Shown piece by piece: positions 48,405-57,858 of a DNA stretch of 62,248 bases. Position numbers and translations under genes: made by a program. Numbering within the stretch: position 1 is the stretch's first letter; each line of letters starts with the position of its first letter. The notes below the pieces were generated by a model that did no database searches, was not told the origin of the DNA, and was given only the letters and a program-made list of their open reading frames with translations. The stretch lies in the sequence record SRR20825019_411. The stretch is one strand, 5' to 3'.

Positions 48405-49178
48405 ATGGATGGCAGCGAAAGCAGTCAACAAACAAAAGGGCCAGACGCCAATGCTGGCGAAGGGTTGCATGTTTGCGGTATCGGCAAAGCCTATAGTGGA
48501 CGGCCGGTCTTAAGGGACGTATCCCTTTCCGTGCACCGGGGCGAGGTTGTCGGGCTTCTGGGGCCAAATGGCGCCGGTAAAACCACATGCTTTTATTCCA
48601 TCACCGGGCTGATCGCCCCTGACCGGGGCCGGGTTGAGCTTGACGGTGTTGAAATCACCCATCTGCCCATGTACCGCAGGGCACGGCTTGGCATCGGATA
48701 CCTGCCGCAGGAAACATCAATCTTCCGCGGCATGACAGTAGAAGAAAACATCCGCGCTATCCTGGAAGTGGTTGAGAAAGACCGCGCGCTCAGAGACGCG
48801 ATGCTCAACGAACTTCTGGAAGAATTCTCCATCGCGCACCTTCGCAACACACCCGCACTTGCGCTTTCAGGCGGGGAGCGTCGGCGCTGCGAAATCGCGC
48901 GCGCGCTGGCGGCACGCCCAAGCTTTGTGTTGCTTGACGAACCCTTTGCAGGCATCGACCCGATCGCCATCGCCGACATTCGTGACCTGACCGCGCACCT
49001 TAAAGACCGGGGCATCGGTGTGTTGATCACCGATCACAACGTGCGCGAGACGCTCGATATCATTGACCGCGCTTATATTATTTACGACGGCCATGTGCTG
49101 TTTGAAGGCAACGCAGAGGCCGTGCTCAAGGACCCGGATGTCAGACGGGTTTATTTGGGTGAAAGCTTTAGCCTTTAA
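48405..49178 (+). CDS. lptB: LPS export ABC ATPase LptB
   Basis: GPNGAGKTT, YLPQE, LSGGERRR, LLDEPFAG, ITDHNVRETL and YLGE. Confidence 0.96.
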   Translation: MDGSESSQQTKGPDANAGEGLHVCGIGKAYSGRPVLRDVSLSVHRGEVVGLLGPNGAGKTTCFYSITGLIAPDRGRVELDGVEITHLPMYRRARLGIGYLPQETSIFRGMTVEENIRAILEVVEKDRALRDAMLNELLEEFSIAHLRNTPALALSGGERRRCEIARALAARPSFVLLDEPFAGIDPIAIADIRDLTAHLKDRGIGVLITDHNVRETLDIIDRAYIIYDGHVLFEGNAEAVLKDPDVRRVYLGESFSL

Positions 49179-49190
49179 GGAGGACCAACT

Positions 49191-50771
49191 GTGGCCTTAA
49201 CGCCAAGGCTTGATCTTAGACAGAGCCAGCAGCTGGTGATGACACCCCAGCTGCAGCAGGCGATCAAGCTATTGCAGCTCAATAATCTGGAACTTGCCGA
49301 CTATGTCGCGCAAGAGGTTGAGCGCAACCCGCTTCTTGAGGTAGGCGAACCGGGTGACGGCGGTGTTCCCGGCGACGATGGCGGTGAGCACGGCGGCACC
49401 GCAAATGATGAATACCTGCGCGAAGGTGGTGATGGTGGCGGGGACGGCTCTGACGGCATTGTCGCCGCTGACCGGGGCCTTGATAGCGCGACAGACACCT
49501 CATCCAGCGCGGATTCCGCCCTTGATACTGATTATGAAACCAATCTTTACAACAGTGATGCAGCGCCAGACCGCGTGAGCACGGAAACCAGCTCCGGCAG
49601 CCTTTCTTATGATGGCGGCGGTGCGATTAAAGGCAGCGGCGGCGGGTTTGACGACCGTGGGCTTGATCAAACGCTCGAGGGCGAAGAAAACCTGCATGAT
49701 TTCCTCTTGCGCCAGATGGCCGTGGCGGTACAGAACCCCGCTGACCGTCTGATTGCCACCCATATGATCGACCTTGTGGACGAAGCAGGCTATCTGAATG
49801 CCGCTGACCTTGGCGAGATTGCCGAGCGGTTGGGCTGTGAAGATGTAGATGTGGACCGCGTACTCACTGTGATGCAGACGCTTGAACCTTCAGGTGTGTT
49901 TGCCCGCAGCCTCGGCGAATGCCTTGCCATTCAACTGCAGGAGCTGGACCGCTTTGACCCGGCCATGGAAGCGCTGATTGATAACCTTGAGCTGTTGGCC
50001 AAGCGCGACATGGTGGCGCTCAAGCGCATCTGCGGCGTGGACCAGGACGATATCGCCGATATGGTCAAGGAAATCCGCGCGCTGAACCCCAAACCGGGGC
50101 TGGCGTACGGTGGCACGTCCGTGCAGCCTGTGGTGCCGGATATCTTTGTGCAAAAGAACCGCGCCGGCAGCTGGATTGTGGAACTGAACACCGACACCCT
50201 GCCCAAGGTGCTTGTAAACCAGCAGTACCTGACAGAGCTTTCCGATGTGGGCGGCAGCAAAGAAGCCAAAACCTTCGTCTCCGACTGTGTATCTTCCGCG
50301 AACTGGCTGGTGAAGGCACTTGACCAGCGCGCGCGCACCATTCTCAAGGTTTCAACGGCGCTGGTGAAAACACAGAGCCATTTTTTCGAGCATGGCGTGC
50401 GATTCCTCAAGCCCCTTACGCTCAAGGATATCGCGGACGAGATCAACATGCATGAAAGCACGGTCTCCCGCGTGACCAACAACAAATTCATGTCGTGCCC
50501 ACGCGGTATGTTTGAGCTGAAGTATTTTTTCACCTCGTCCATCTCGTCAGGCGACGGTGGGGACGCGCACTCGTCCGAGTCGGTAAAATTCCGCCTGAAA
50601 GAGCTTATCGACGCTGAAAGCCCGAAAAAAATCCTCTCTGACGATAAATTGGTTGTGATGATGCAGGCCGAAGGCATCGATATCGCACGCCGTACGGTGG
50701 CCAAATATCGTGAGGCGTTACGCATCCCGTCATCGGTACAACGCAGGCGCCTCAAGAACATGGGCTCGTGA
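49191..50771 (+). CDS. rpoN: RNA polymerase sigma-54 factor
   Basis: Region I QQLVMTPQLQQAIKLLQL, HESTVSR and RpoN box ARRTVAKYRE. Confidence 0.97.
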   Translation: MALTPRLDLRQSQQLVMTPQLQQAIKLLQLNNLELADYVAQEVERNPLLEVGEPGDGGVPGDDGGEHGGTANDEYLREGGDGGGDGSDGIVAADRGLDSATDTSSSADSALDTDYETNLYNSDAAPDRVSTETSSGSLSYDGGGAIKGSGGGFDDRGLDQTLEGEENLHDFLLRQMAVAVQNPADRLIATHMIDLVDEAGYLNAADLGEIAERLGCEDVDVDRVLTVMQTLEPSGVFARSLGECLAIQLQELDRFDPAMEALIDNLELLAKRDMVALKRICGVDQDDIADMVKEIRALNPKPGLAYGGTSVQPVVPDIFVQKNRAGSWIVELNTDTLPKVLVNQQYLTELSDVGGSKEAKTFVSDCVSSANWLVKALDQRARTILKVSTALVKTQSHFFEHGVRFLKPLTLKDIADEINMHESTVSRVTNNKFMSCPRGMFELKYFFTSSISSGDGGDAHSSESVKFRLKELIDAESPKKILSDDKLVVMMQAEGIDIARRTVAKYREALRIPSSVQRRRLKNMGS

Positions 50772-51038
50772 GTCGCTCATAGCTTTCCAAAAAGCCACCA
50801 AAAAAGCGCTCACCAAATCCCGTTTAGTTTCAAAAATTTGACATAAATCATTTCCCATTAACCACACTTAAACCATCTTTTGTGGTAGGCTGATTTAGTC
50901 GGCCGCAATGGTCGTCAGCGACCCCGGTGTCAAACGGGGACAGGCACCGGAAATACCGTGTCGCAACGCGGGCTACCACGGCTCGTATTGTCAATAAAGC
51001 TGCCTCCCCGGCAGCTGTAGAAAGGATGATTGGCACCT

Positions 51039-51620
51039 ATGGATATCAATGTTACCGGACGGAAAATGAATGTAGGCGCAGCACTCACCAGCCATGTTGA
51101 AGAACGCCTCGAAGCAGTCGCAGAAAAATATTTCAGCCGCACCATTGATTCAACAACCACATTCGTGAAAGAAGGGCACCTCTACCGAGTAGACATATCG
51201 CTTCACGCCAATCAAGGAATCAGCCTTCAGGCTAGAGGAGAGGCGGACGAGCCCTACGTCGCATTTGAGAACGCGACAGAGAAAATAGAAAAACAGTTGC
51301 GTCGATACAAACGACGCCTTAAGAACCACCACCACGCTCCGCAGCGCGATGTGGCCCTTGAGTTGGCCCGCGATACAGTTATCGCGCCGGAGACGGAAGA
51401 TGACACTGAAGCCCTCAATGGGGCAGATGATCAGCCGATCATCATCGCAGAGAGCAAAAAAGAAATTCCGCTCGTATCTGTGGGTGATGCCGTGATGCTG
51501 ATGGACTTGGCAGATGCCAATGCTTTTGTCTTCCGCAACCGGAAAAGTGAGACGCTAGAGGTGGTTTACCGCCGCCAGGACGGCAATATCGGGTGGATAA
51601 GCCCGGGCACAGCCGCCTAA
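51039..51620 (+). CDS. hpf: Ribosome hibernation promoting factor (long HPF)
   Basis: KQLRRYKRRLK and C-terminal VYRRQDGNIGWI. Confidence 0.93.
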   Translation: MDINVTGRKMNVGAALTSHVEERLEAVAEKYFSRTIDSTTTFVKEGHLYRVDISLHANQGISLQARGEADEPYVAFENATEKIEKQLRRYKRRLKNHHHAPQRDVALELARDTVIAPETEDDTEALNGADDQPIIIAESKKEIPLVSVGDAVMLMDLADANAFVFRNRKSETLEVVYRRQDGNIGWISPGTAA

Positions 51621-51663
51621 ACAGGCCCGCGGTAAGCGAATAGGAATAAGCCAGAGAGGTCCA

Positions 51664-51689
51664 CCGGACCCAACCATGGTTGGGTCCGG
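51664..51689. repeat. Perfect 26-bp palindrome CCGGACCCAACCATGGTTGGGTCCGG
   Basis: Read directly. Ends 14 nt before the ptsN ATG. Confidence 0.85.
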
Positions 51690-51703
51690 ACGAAAGAGAG
51701 ATC

Positions 51704-52165
51704 ATGGAGATCGAAGATTTGTTGTCGGCTGAGCATGTACTCGCCGATTTTAGAGCATCGAGTAAAAAACAGACTATTCAGGCACTGTCCCGCAAACTTG
51801 CGGACACGTTAGAGCTTGATAGCCGTATGGTATTCGACAAGCTCCTGGAACGTGAACGACTTGGCAGCACAGGTGTTGGCAAGGGCGTTGCTATTCCGCA
51901 CGCCCGCATTGATGGTCTTGAGCGCATCACCGGCCTTTTTGCCCGACTCGCCAACCCGATCGATTTTGACAGCGTGGATGATGTACCCGTGGATATCGTG
52001 TTCATGCTGCTCGCGCCCACAGACGCAGGTGCTGATCACCTGAAAGCGCTTGCGCGCATCTCGCGCCTGCTCCGGGACGAAAAAACATTGTCCAAACTGC
52101 GCGTGACCGCAGACGCCAGCGCTCTCTACGCCATGCTGGCGCAACCAGCGTCCAACGCGGCTTAA
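51704..52165 (+). CDS. ptsN: PTS IIA-like nitrogen regulatory protein
   Basis: RERLGSTGVGKGVAIPHAR (phospho-His) and GADHLKALARISR. Confidence 0.95.
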   Translation: MEIEDLLSAEHVLADFRASSKKQTIQALSRKLADTLELDSRMVFDKLLERERLGSTGVGKGVAIPHARIDGLERITGLFARLANPIDFDSVDDVPVDIVFMLLAPTDAGADHLKALARISRLLRDEKTLSKLRVTADASALYAMLAQPASNAA

Positions 52166-52252
52166 CGGCGTCGCCTTGAATATTCCGTAATTTTGCAGTA
52201 TATATGCAGTATGTAGTGAGTTGAAAATCACTGTGTATATAGGAGTGAAGTT

Positions 52253-52474
52253 ATGTCCCGATTAACGCTTGATCTGTCCAAAGATGTCGACAATCGCCTG
52301 ACCGAGATTGCGAAACGCGAAGGCATCAGCAAAGCAGAAGCCATGCGCCGGGCATTCGCGCTTCTTGCCATGGCGGATACAGAGAAAAGCAAGGGTAATT
52401 CACTGGGCATTGTCAGGGAAACCCAGGACGATCCTTCAAAGTTTGATGTCCTTGGCCGGGTTGTCGGAATCTGA
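52253..52474 (+). CDS. Ribbon-helix-helix (CopG-like) DNA-binding protein
   Basis: RLTLDL beta-strand plus L.EIAKREGISKAEAMRRA helices. AGGAG SD. Confidence 0.8.
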   Translation: MSRLTLDLSKDVDNRLTEIAKREGISKAEAMRRAFALLAMADTEKSKGNSLGIVRETQDDPSKFDVLGRVVGI

Positions 52475-52746
52475 TGAGCGGTAATCAAACCAGTGCTGGC
52501 GCAAGCTTTGACATAGACCAATATGCGCCCGAGGGTTCAGTCACATCTGTAGACGAAACCGAACGGCTCAAGCTTGCCCGCCAAGTTTTGATTGTCATGG
52601 CAATAATAATCGCGGGAGTTTTTATTGGTTGGGCGTTTGCTCCAGATAATGCTGCCCTCAAGGCGATCTTCGAGCTCATTAAAATCGGTGCTTTACCGCT
52701 GATAACCTTGATCGTCTCGTTTTATTTCCCCAACGCCAACAAATGA
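52474..52746 (+). CDS. Small two-TM hypothetical protein
   Basis: TGATG-coupled to the RHH gene. Two hydrophobic helices ending in IVSFYF. Confidence 0.7.
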   Translation: MSGNQTSAGASFDIDQYAPEGSVTSVDETERLKLARQVLIVMAIIIAGVFIGWAFAPDNAALKAIFELIKIGALPLITLIVSFYFPNANK

Positions 52747-52756
52747 CGTTTCTGAA

Positions 52757-53503
52757 CTAGTCAGAAAACTCGACCCGCACAAAATAGAGCCCATCAGGCG
52801 GCGCGTTGAAGCCAAGCGCCTGACGATCGCGTGCGTCCAGCGCCGCTTTCACATCTGCCTTGCTCCATTTGCCTTCGCCCACAAGCTTGAGCGTACCGGT
52901 GATGGACCTGATCTGGTGATGCAGGAACGAGCGCGCGCCAGCGTGCACACGCACTTCATCACCTTCGCGCTCAACCTTCAGGTAATCCATGGTCTTGACC
53001 GGGCTTTTCGCCTGACACTGTACATGTCGGAAAGTTGTGAAGTCGTGCTGACCAACTAATACCTGGGCCGCGTCATGCATCGCGTCCGCGTCCAGTGGGG
53101 TTTTCACATGCCACTTGAGGCCCCGATCAAATGTGAGCGGCGCGCGGCGGTTTGCAATACGGTAGGTATAGTGGCGCTTCAGCGCATCAAAACGCGCATT
53201 GAAGCTTTCATGAACTTCTTCAACCTTCACAACCGCCACCGTGTTGGGTTTCAGGTGAAAATTAAGCGCGCCCTGAAGCTGGTCTGAACTCATCACGCGC
53301 TCGAGGTCAACATGGGCGACCTGCCCAAGCGCGTGCACGCCCGCGTCCGTCCGCCCTGATCCGGTAACCCGGATCGCCTCGTGTGGCGCAAAAACCTTGA
53401 AGGCATCCTCAAGCGCCGCCTGTACCGACGGCCCGTTGTCCTGGCGCTGCCAGCCTACAAAGGGGCGGCCGTCATATTCAATGGTAAGCTTAAAGCGTTG
53501 CAT
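52757..53503 (-). CDS. truA: tRNA pseudouridine(38-40) synthase
   Basis: [22 protein letters not shown] and SFLHHQIR. Confidence 0.96.
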   Translation of the reverse strand: MQRFKLTIEYDGRPFVGWQRQDNGPSVQAALEDAFKVFAPHEAIRVTGSGRTDAGVHALGQVAHVDLERVMSSDQLQGALNFHLKPNTVAVVKVEEVHESFNARFDALKRHYTYRIANRRAPLTFDRGLKWHVKTPLDADAMHDAAQVLVGQHDFTTFRHVQCQAKSPVKTMDYLKVEREGDEVRVHAGARSFLHHQIRSITGTLKLVGEGKWSKADVKAALDARDRQALGFNAPPDGLYFVRVEFSD

Positions 53504-53505
53504 AG

Positions 53506-54432
53506 TTAGTCGCCTTGGCCAACTTTTTTGCCCGAAGGCAACGTGAAGCCACGCAGGATATCTTCGCGCGCCATAGGTCCCTTGCCCGCACGCTGTGCAC
53601 GGTCAATGCGATAAGCACCCTCGCCGCAGGCTATCAGCATCTCATCATCAAGGCACACCCCCGGCTCGCCCGACCTATCCTCTACGACCGTGCCAGCAAG
53701 GACTTTGAAGCGCTCCCCGTTCATCTCTGTCCAGGCACCGGGGAAGGGGCAAAGGCCACGTACATGGCGGTCAATTTCCGCCGCACTTCTATGCCACACT
53801 ATTCTGGCCTCCGATTTCTCGATTTTATGAGCATATGTAACGCCTTCAGCCGCTTGTGGCACCGCCACAGCCGTGCCCCGCTTTAGCCCCATAACCGCCT
53901 CACCAATGAGGCTTGCGCCCAACTCCGCCAGCCGGTCGTGCAGGTCAAGTGTAGTGTCGCGGGGGCCGATGTCTGTCTCCGCAAACGCAAGCACAGGGCC
54001 TGTATCAAGCCCAGCTTCCATCTGCATGATGCAAACACCCGTCTTCTCGTCGCCCGCCATGATCGCCCGGTGAATGGGCGCTGCCCCACGCCAGCGAGGC
54101 AGCAGGCTCGCGTGTACATTCACACAACCATATTTTGGGGTATCCAGAACGACTTGCGGCAGGATCTGGCCGAACGCCACCACTACTGCAACATCTGCGT
54201 TGAGGCTCGCAAATTCGGCTTGCGCATCAGAGTCGCGCATTGATTTTGGTGTGAAAACCTTCAGCCCTTCGGCTTCGGCAAAGGCATGCACGGGCGATGG
54301 TTTGAGTTTTTTGCCGCGGCCCGCAGGCGCTGGCGGCTGGCTATAAACCCCGATAACGTCATGGCCTGCGGCAATGAGCGCCTTCAGGGTTGGGAGGGCA
54401 AATTCTGGTGTGCCCATAAAAGCAACGCGCAT
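53506..54432 (-). CDS. fmt: Methionyl-tRNA formyltransferase
   Basis: [24 protein letters not shown] and GLDTG. Confidence 0.96.
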   Translation of the reverse strand: MRVAFMGTPEFALPTLKALIAAGHDVIGVYSQPPAPAGRGKKLKPSPVHAFAEAEGLKVFTPKSMRDSDAQAEFASLNADVAVVVAFGQILPQVVLDTPKYGCVNVHASLLPRWRGAAPIHRAIMAGDEKTGVCIMQMEAGLDTGPVLAFAETDIGPRDTTLDLHDRLAELGASLIGEAVMGLKRGTAVAVPQAAEGVTYAHKIEKSEARIVWHRSAAEIDRHVRGLCPFPGAWTEMNGERFKVLAGTVVEDRSGEPGVCLDDEMLIACGEGAYRIDRAQRAGKGPMAREDILRGFTLPSGKKVGQGD

Positions 54433-54456
54433 TATGCCCTCCAAAACGTTGGGAAA

Positions 54457-54978
54457 TTAAAGAATAGTGGCGTCTTTCGTCGCCTTGCGGACCTTCTTGA
54501 TGATCATATTGCGTTTCAGCTTTGAGAGATAATCAATAAAAACCACACCGTTCAGGTGGTCGATCTCATGCTGTACGCACGTGGCCTTAAGGCCTTCCAT
54601 CAATTCTTCCTGCTCTTTTCCGTGATAGTCGAAATACCGCACCTTCACGCTGGCAGGACGCTCAACCTCGGCATAGTGCTCCGGCACCGAGAGGCAGCCC
54701 TCATTATAAACGCTAAACTCCTCAGATTCCCAAGTGACCTCAGGGTTAACGAGGAATATAGGCTGGCGGCCTTCCTCTTCATCGCCTTCCGTATCAAGCA
54801 CAATCACACGCTTTGGCACCGCAACCTGGATCGCGGCCAGGCCAATACCGGGCGCGTCATACATGGTTTCAAGCATATTATCCATCAACCGGCGCAGGTC
54901 ATCATCAACCTGCCCAACAGGGTCGGACAAGGTTTTGAGAAGCGGGTCAGGTACGTTGATAATATCAAGCTTGGTCAT
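54457..54978 (-). CDS. def: Peptide deformylase
   Basis: GIGLAAIQ, EGCLS and QHEIDHLNG. Confidence 0.97.
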   Translation of the reverse strand: MTKLDIINVPDPLLKTLSDPVGQVDDDLRRLMDNMLETMYDAPGIGLAAIQVAVPKRVIVLDTEGDEEEGRQPIFLVNPEVTWESEEFSVYNEGCLSVPEHYAEVERPASVKVRYFDYHGKEQEELMEGLKATCVQHEIDHLNGVVFIDYLSKLKRNMIIKKVRKATKDATIL

Positions 54979-55054
54979 TCTTGGTTCCAAATAATCGGCG
55001 TTTGTCCCGCATTACCTATGGTTGGTGCCTGCATCCGTCAAGCCGAAAGCGGCA

Positions 55055-55399
55055 TCAGAAGTCTGAAATTGGCGCATCCGGGCTGTATTCACCCGCCATA
55101 TCCTCGATCTCAACAACCCACAGGTCATTATCGAATGATCGCTTTTTGGCTATACGGGCGTCTGCATCCACTTCCGCCTCGCCACCTTCGGGGCCAAGAC
55201 GACGCCAGATTTTCTCGCCATCAAAGTTGCGGGACTGCTCAAACGTCAGCACGCCTGCGCCAAAACGGTTTATCTTTAGAAGGATACCCCCGCGCGCCTC
55301 ATCACCTTTCGCCACCACAAAAGCAGGCATGTGGTTGATATGGCAGGTGCGCACATGCGCATCCACCCAAAGGCGAGAGGTTAATCTGTTTTCAGTCAT
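55055..55399 (-). CDS. DUF1491-family protein
   Basis: RL...WV.A, KGD...G.ILLK and D.DLWVVEIED. Confidence 0.82.
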   Translation of the reverse strand: MTENRLTSRLWVDAHVRTCHINHMPAFVVAKGDEARGGILLKINRFGAGVLTFEQSRNFDGEKIWRRLGPEGGEAEVDADARIAKKRSFDNDLWVVEIEDMAGEYSPDAPISDF

Positions 55400-55440
55400 A
55401 AGGGGATATGGCGTGCGAGCAGGAAATTGGTCAAGCCGAA

Positions 55441-55782
55441 TTATTCCTGAGGCTCGTCATCAAGCCCGAGAATATGTAGCCTGTCGCGGAACATTGTACG
55501 AATGTGTTCCTCATCCACCTCAAAGGTAACACCGAGCGACTCGCCCTTTGTCCAGGCTACGCGCGCAGGGATATCACCGCGCTCTGCCACCGCGAGGGTG
55601 ATTTTTGTGCCTTCCTTGAGCGGCAGGTCAACCCGCACACGGGCGCCGCCAAGCGACAGATTCCATATCTGGCAGGCAACCCTGTGTTTGCCCACCACAA
55701 GTTTTGCCGGCCACAAAACAGACCGCCGCCGATGCGCACGGTTGTCCCGGCCTTGCTCTGGATCTGATTTTTCCTGCGCCAT
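55441..55782 (-). CDS. PilZ-domain (c-di-GMP-binding) protein
   Basis: RAHRR (RxxxR) and NLSLGG ((D/N)xSxxG). Start re-called at ATG 55782. Confidence 0.88.
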   Translation of the reverse strand: MAQEKSDPEQGRDNRAHRRRSVLWPAKLVVGKHRVACQIWNLSLGGARVRVDLPLKEGTKITLAVAERGDIPARVAWTKGESLGVTFEVDEEHIRTMFRDRLHILGLDDEPQE

Positions 55783-55991
55783 ATTCTGCGCCCTTTTCAG
55801 CGTTGAAACGGCATTTTTGCCTGAGAGATACAGAAAGTCTAGCTCAGTTGGGTAAATCAAACGTCACCAACAAGTTAGAATTTTCAACAAACTCCATATT
55901 AACCTTCATGGCGTAAGCCTTTGCTGTCGCTTGTATGCAAGCTTAACATTCGCTACCAAAGGCGAAGGGATTATTTTGGGGAAAGCACCGC

Positions 55992-57389
55992 GTGGCAGAA
56001 GAAGCCAGTATTCTTATCATTGAGGACAGCCCGACACTCGCGCTCACGTACCGCGAATATCTGCGCTCCCTTGGGCTGCCGATAGAAATTGCTGAAACCG
56101 GCACCGATGCGCTCGCCCATATCGAGGCCGCAAACCCAACCGTCATCCTGCTGGACCTCATGCTGCCGGATATGGACGGGCTTGATATCCTCAAACGCGT
56201 CAAAGCCGAGAAAAACGAAGCAAGGGTGATTGTGATCACCGCCCATGGTTCGGTGAAGGTCGCCGTTGAGGCAATTCAAGAAGGCGCGACCGACTTTCTG
56301 CTCAAACCCTTTGCTGCTGAACGACTGGTAACAACGGTTAAAAACGCGCTTGAAATTCACCGCCTTGCCGGGCTTGTGGAACAGTTTGCCGGTGGCCGCG
56401 CCAAGCAGTTTGACCGCTTTATCGGCAATAGCGCACCTATGCTGGCGGTTTACCGCATGATTGAGGATTGCGCTGCATCAAAGGCATCCGTATTCATCAT
56501 GGGTGCGTCAGGCACAGGTAAGGAACTGTGCGCGGAATCGGTACACAACCAAAGCCCGCGCAAGGACAAACGTTTTGTTGCCCTGAACTGCGCTGCCATC
56601 CCCGCCAACCTGATCGAAAGCGAGATTTTCGGCCACAAAAAGGGAGCATTTACAGGTGCCTCAACAGACAGGGATGGGGCGGCGGTCACCGCCGACGGTG
56701 GCACGCTCTTCCTTGATGAAATTTGCGAGATGCCTCTCGACCTGCAGGCTAAATTATTACGGTTTATCCAAACTGGCCAGGTTGTGCCCGTTGGCAGCAA
56801 CACGCCCCGCGACGTGAATGTGCGTTTTGTCTGCGCCACCAACCGCACACCGTGGGAGGAGGTTGAGGCCGGACGGTTCCGGGAGGATCTTTATTACCGA
56901 CTTCACGTGGTGCCTATCCACCTACCGCCCTTGGCGGAACGCGGGCAGGATGTTCTGCTGATCGCAAGGCATCTGCTGGCCCAATATGCCGAAGAAGAAG
57001 ACAAGGATTTCGACCGCATAGAGCCTGACGCGGAAGCCCGGCTGATGGCGCACAGCTGGCCCGGCAACGTACGGGAGCTGGGTAATGTGATCCATAGCGC
57101 CGTGGTACTTAACGAAGGCCCTGCGCTCACCGCCCCAATGCTTGAGCGCCTGATGGGCCCCTCGCGACGGTTATCCGCGGCCAGACCTCAAAATTCTGAG
57201 GGTGTTGCAGCCAATCAAACCCCGATCCCATCACCTGTTTCAAACGAGATTGAACCGCTCGCGGTAAGCGAGCGAAAGTTGATCGAACGTGCGATTGAAC
57301 TTTCTGGCGGCAAGGTACGCGCGGCCGCCAAAAAGCTGGAGGTCAACCCTTCCACGCTTTACCGCAAGATCAAGGAATGGGAAGACTAG
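55992..57389 (+). CDS. Sigma-54-dependent response regulator (REC-AAA+-HTH), LuxO-like
   Basis: IEDS...LLDLMLPDMDG REC domain, GASGTGKE, ESEIFGH, GAFTGA, LFLDEI, WPGNVREL and HTH NPSTLYRK. Confidence 0.92.
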   Translation: MAEEASILIIEDSPTLALTYREYLRSLGLPIEIAETGTDALAHIEAANPTVILLDLMLPDMDGLDILKRVKAEKNEARVIVITAHGSVKVAVEAIQEGATDFLLKPFAAERLVTTVKNALEIHRLAGLVEQFAGGRAKQFDRFIGNSAPMLAVYRMIEDCAASKASVFIMGASGTGKELCAESVHNQSPRKDKRFVALNCAAIPANLIESEIFGHKKGAFTGASTDRDGAAVTADGGTLFLDEICEMPLDLQAKLLRFIQTGQVVPVGSNTPRDVNVRFVCATNRTPWEEVEAGRFREDLYYRLHVVPIHLPPLAERGQDVLLIARHLLAQYAEEEDKDFDRIEPDAEARLMAHSWPGNVRELGNVIHSAVVLNEGPALTAPMLERLMGPSRRLSAARPQNSEGVAANQTPIPSPVSNEIEPLAVSERKLIERAIELSGGKVRAAAKKLEVNPSTLYRKIKEWED

Positions 57390-57400
57390 AGGCGCACCCC

Positions 57401-57832
57401 TTAAGCCAGGGACGCCACCGCAGCAGAGGTTTTCGCCGACAAAGTAACCATCATCGTGCGAAGTTTTTCAGCCTGCTGAAGATAAGCGTTATAGGCCTTC
57501 TTATTGGGCATCTGGAGCTGTGGCGGGTTTGCCAGCCAGCTTTGTATCGTTTTCACATAGACCCGCATAGCCGACGTTGTTTCCTGCGACAATGCCTGCA
57601 GAAGCAGCACGGTGTTCTTCAACCCCAGAAGGGCGTTTTTATAGGGGTCGGTACCCTTGGTACTGCTATTCAAGCTGCTCGCCGCGGCCGAATAATCCGT
57701 CAGTACGTCCGAAAACTCCTCCAGAGTTATACTATCCGGATAAGAACGTTTCAGCGCACTACCTGCTGCCACAAAATCCTTGAGCGCCGCATCATAAAGC
57801 CCAATCAGATTGTCAAACGTATCTATCACCAT
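57401..57832 (-). CDS. Hypothetical all-helical protein, partner of the upstream ACD-like gene
   Basis: Strong GAGGAGG SD before ATG 57832 (alternative TTG 57862 overlaps the upstream stop). Amphipathic helical composition. Confidence 0.7.
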   Translation of the reverse strand: MVIDTFDNLIGLYDAALKDFVAAGSALKRSYPDSITLEEFSDVLTDYSAAASSLNSSTKGTDPYKNALLGLKNTVLLLQALSQETTSAMRVYVKTIQSWLANPPQLQMPNKKAYNAYLQQAEKLRTMMVTLSAKTSAAVASLA

Positions 57833-57858
57833 ATCCTCCTCGCGCTGCAGCAGCACAA

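Noticed and set aside
50838-50873. TTGACA plus a CtrA-like TTAA-N7-TAAAC upstream of hpf
   Set aside because: One mismatch in an AT-rich tract and no convincing -10 at the proper spacing. Not distinguishable from chance by eye.
55909-55924. Sigma54-like TGGC...TTGC upstream of the LuxO-like gene (similar near-miss at about 61914)
   Set aside because: GG-to-GC spacing is off by one from the strict GG-N10-GC rule.
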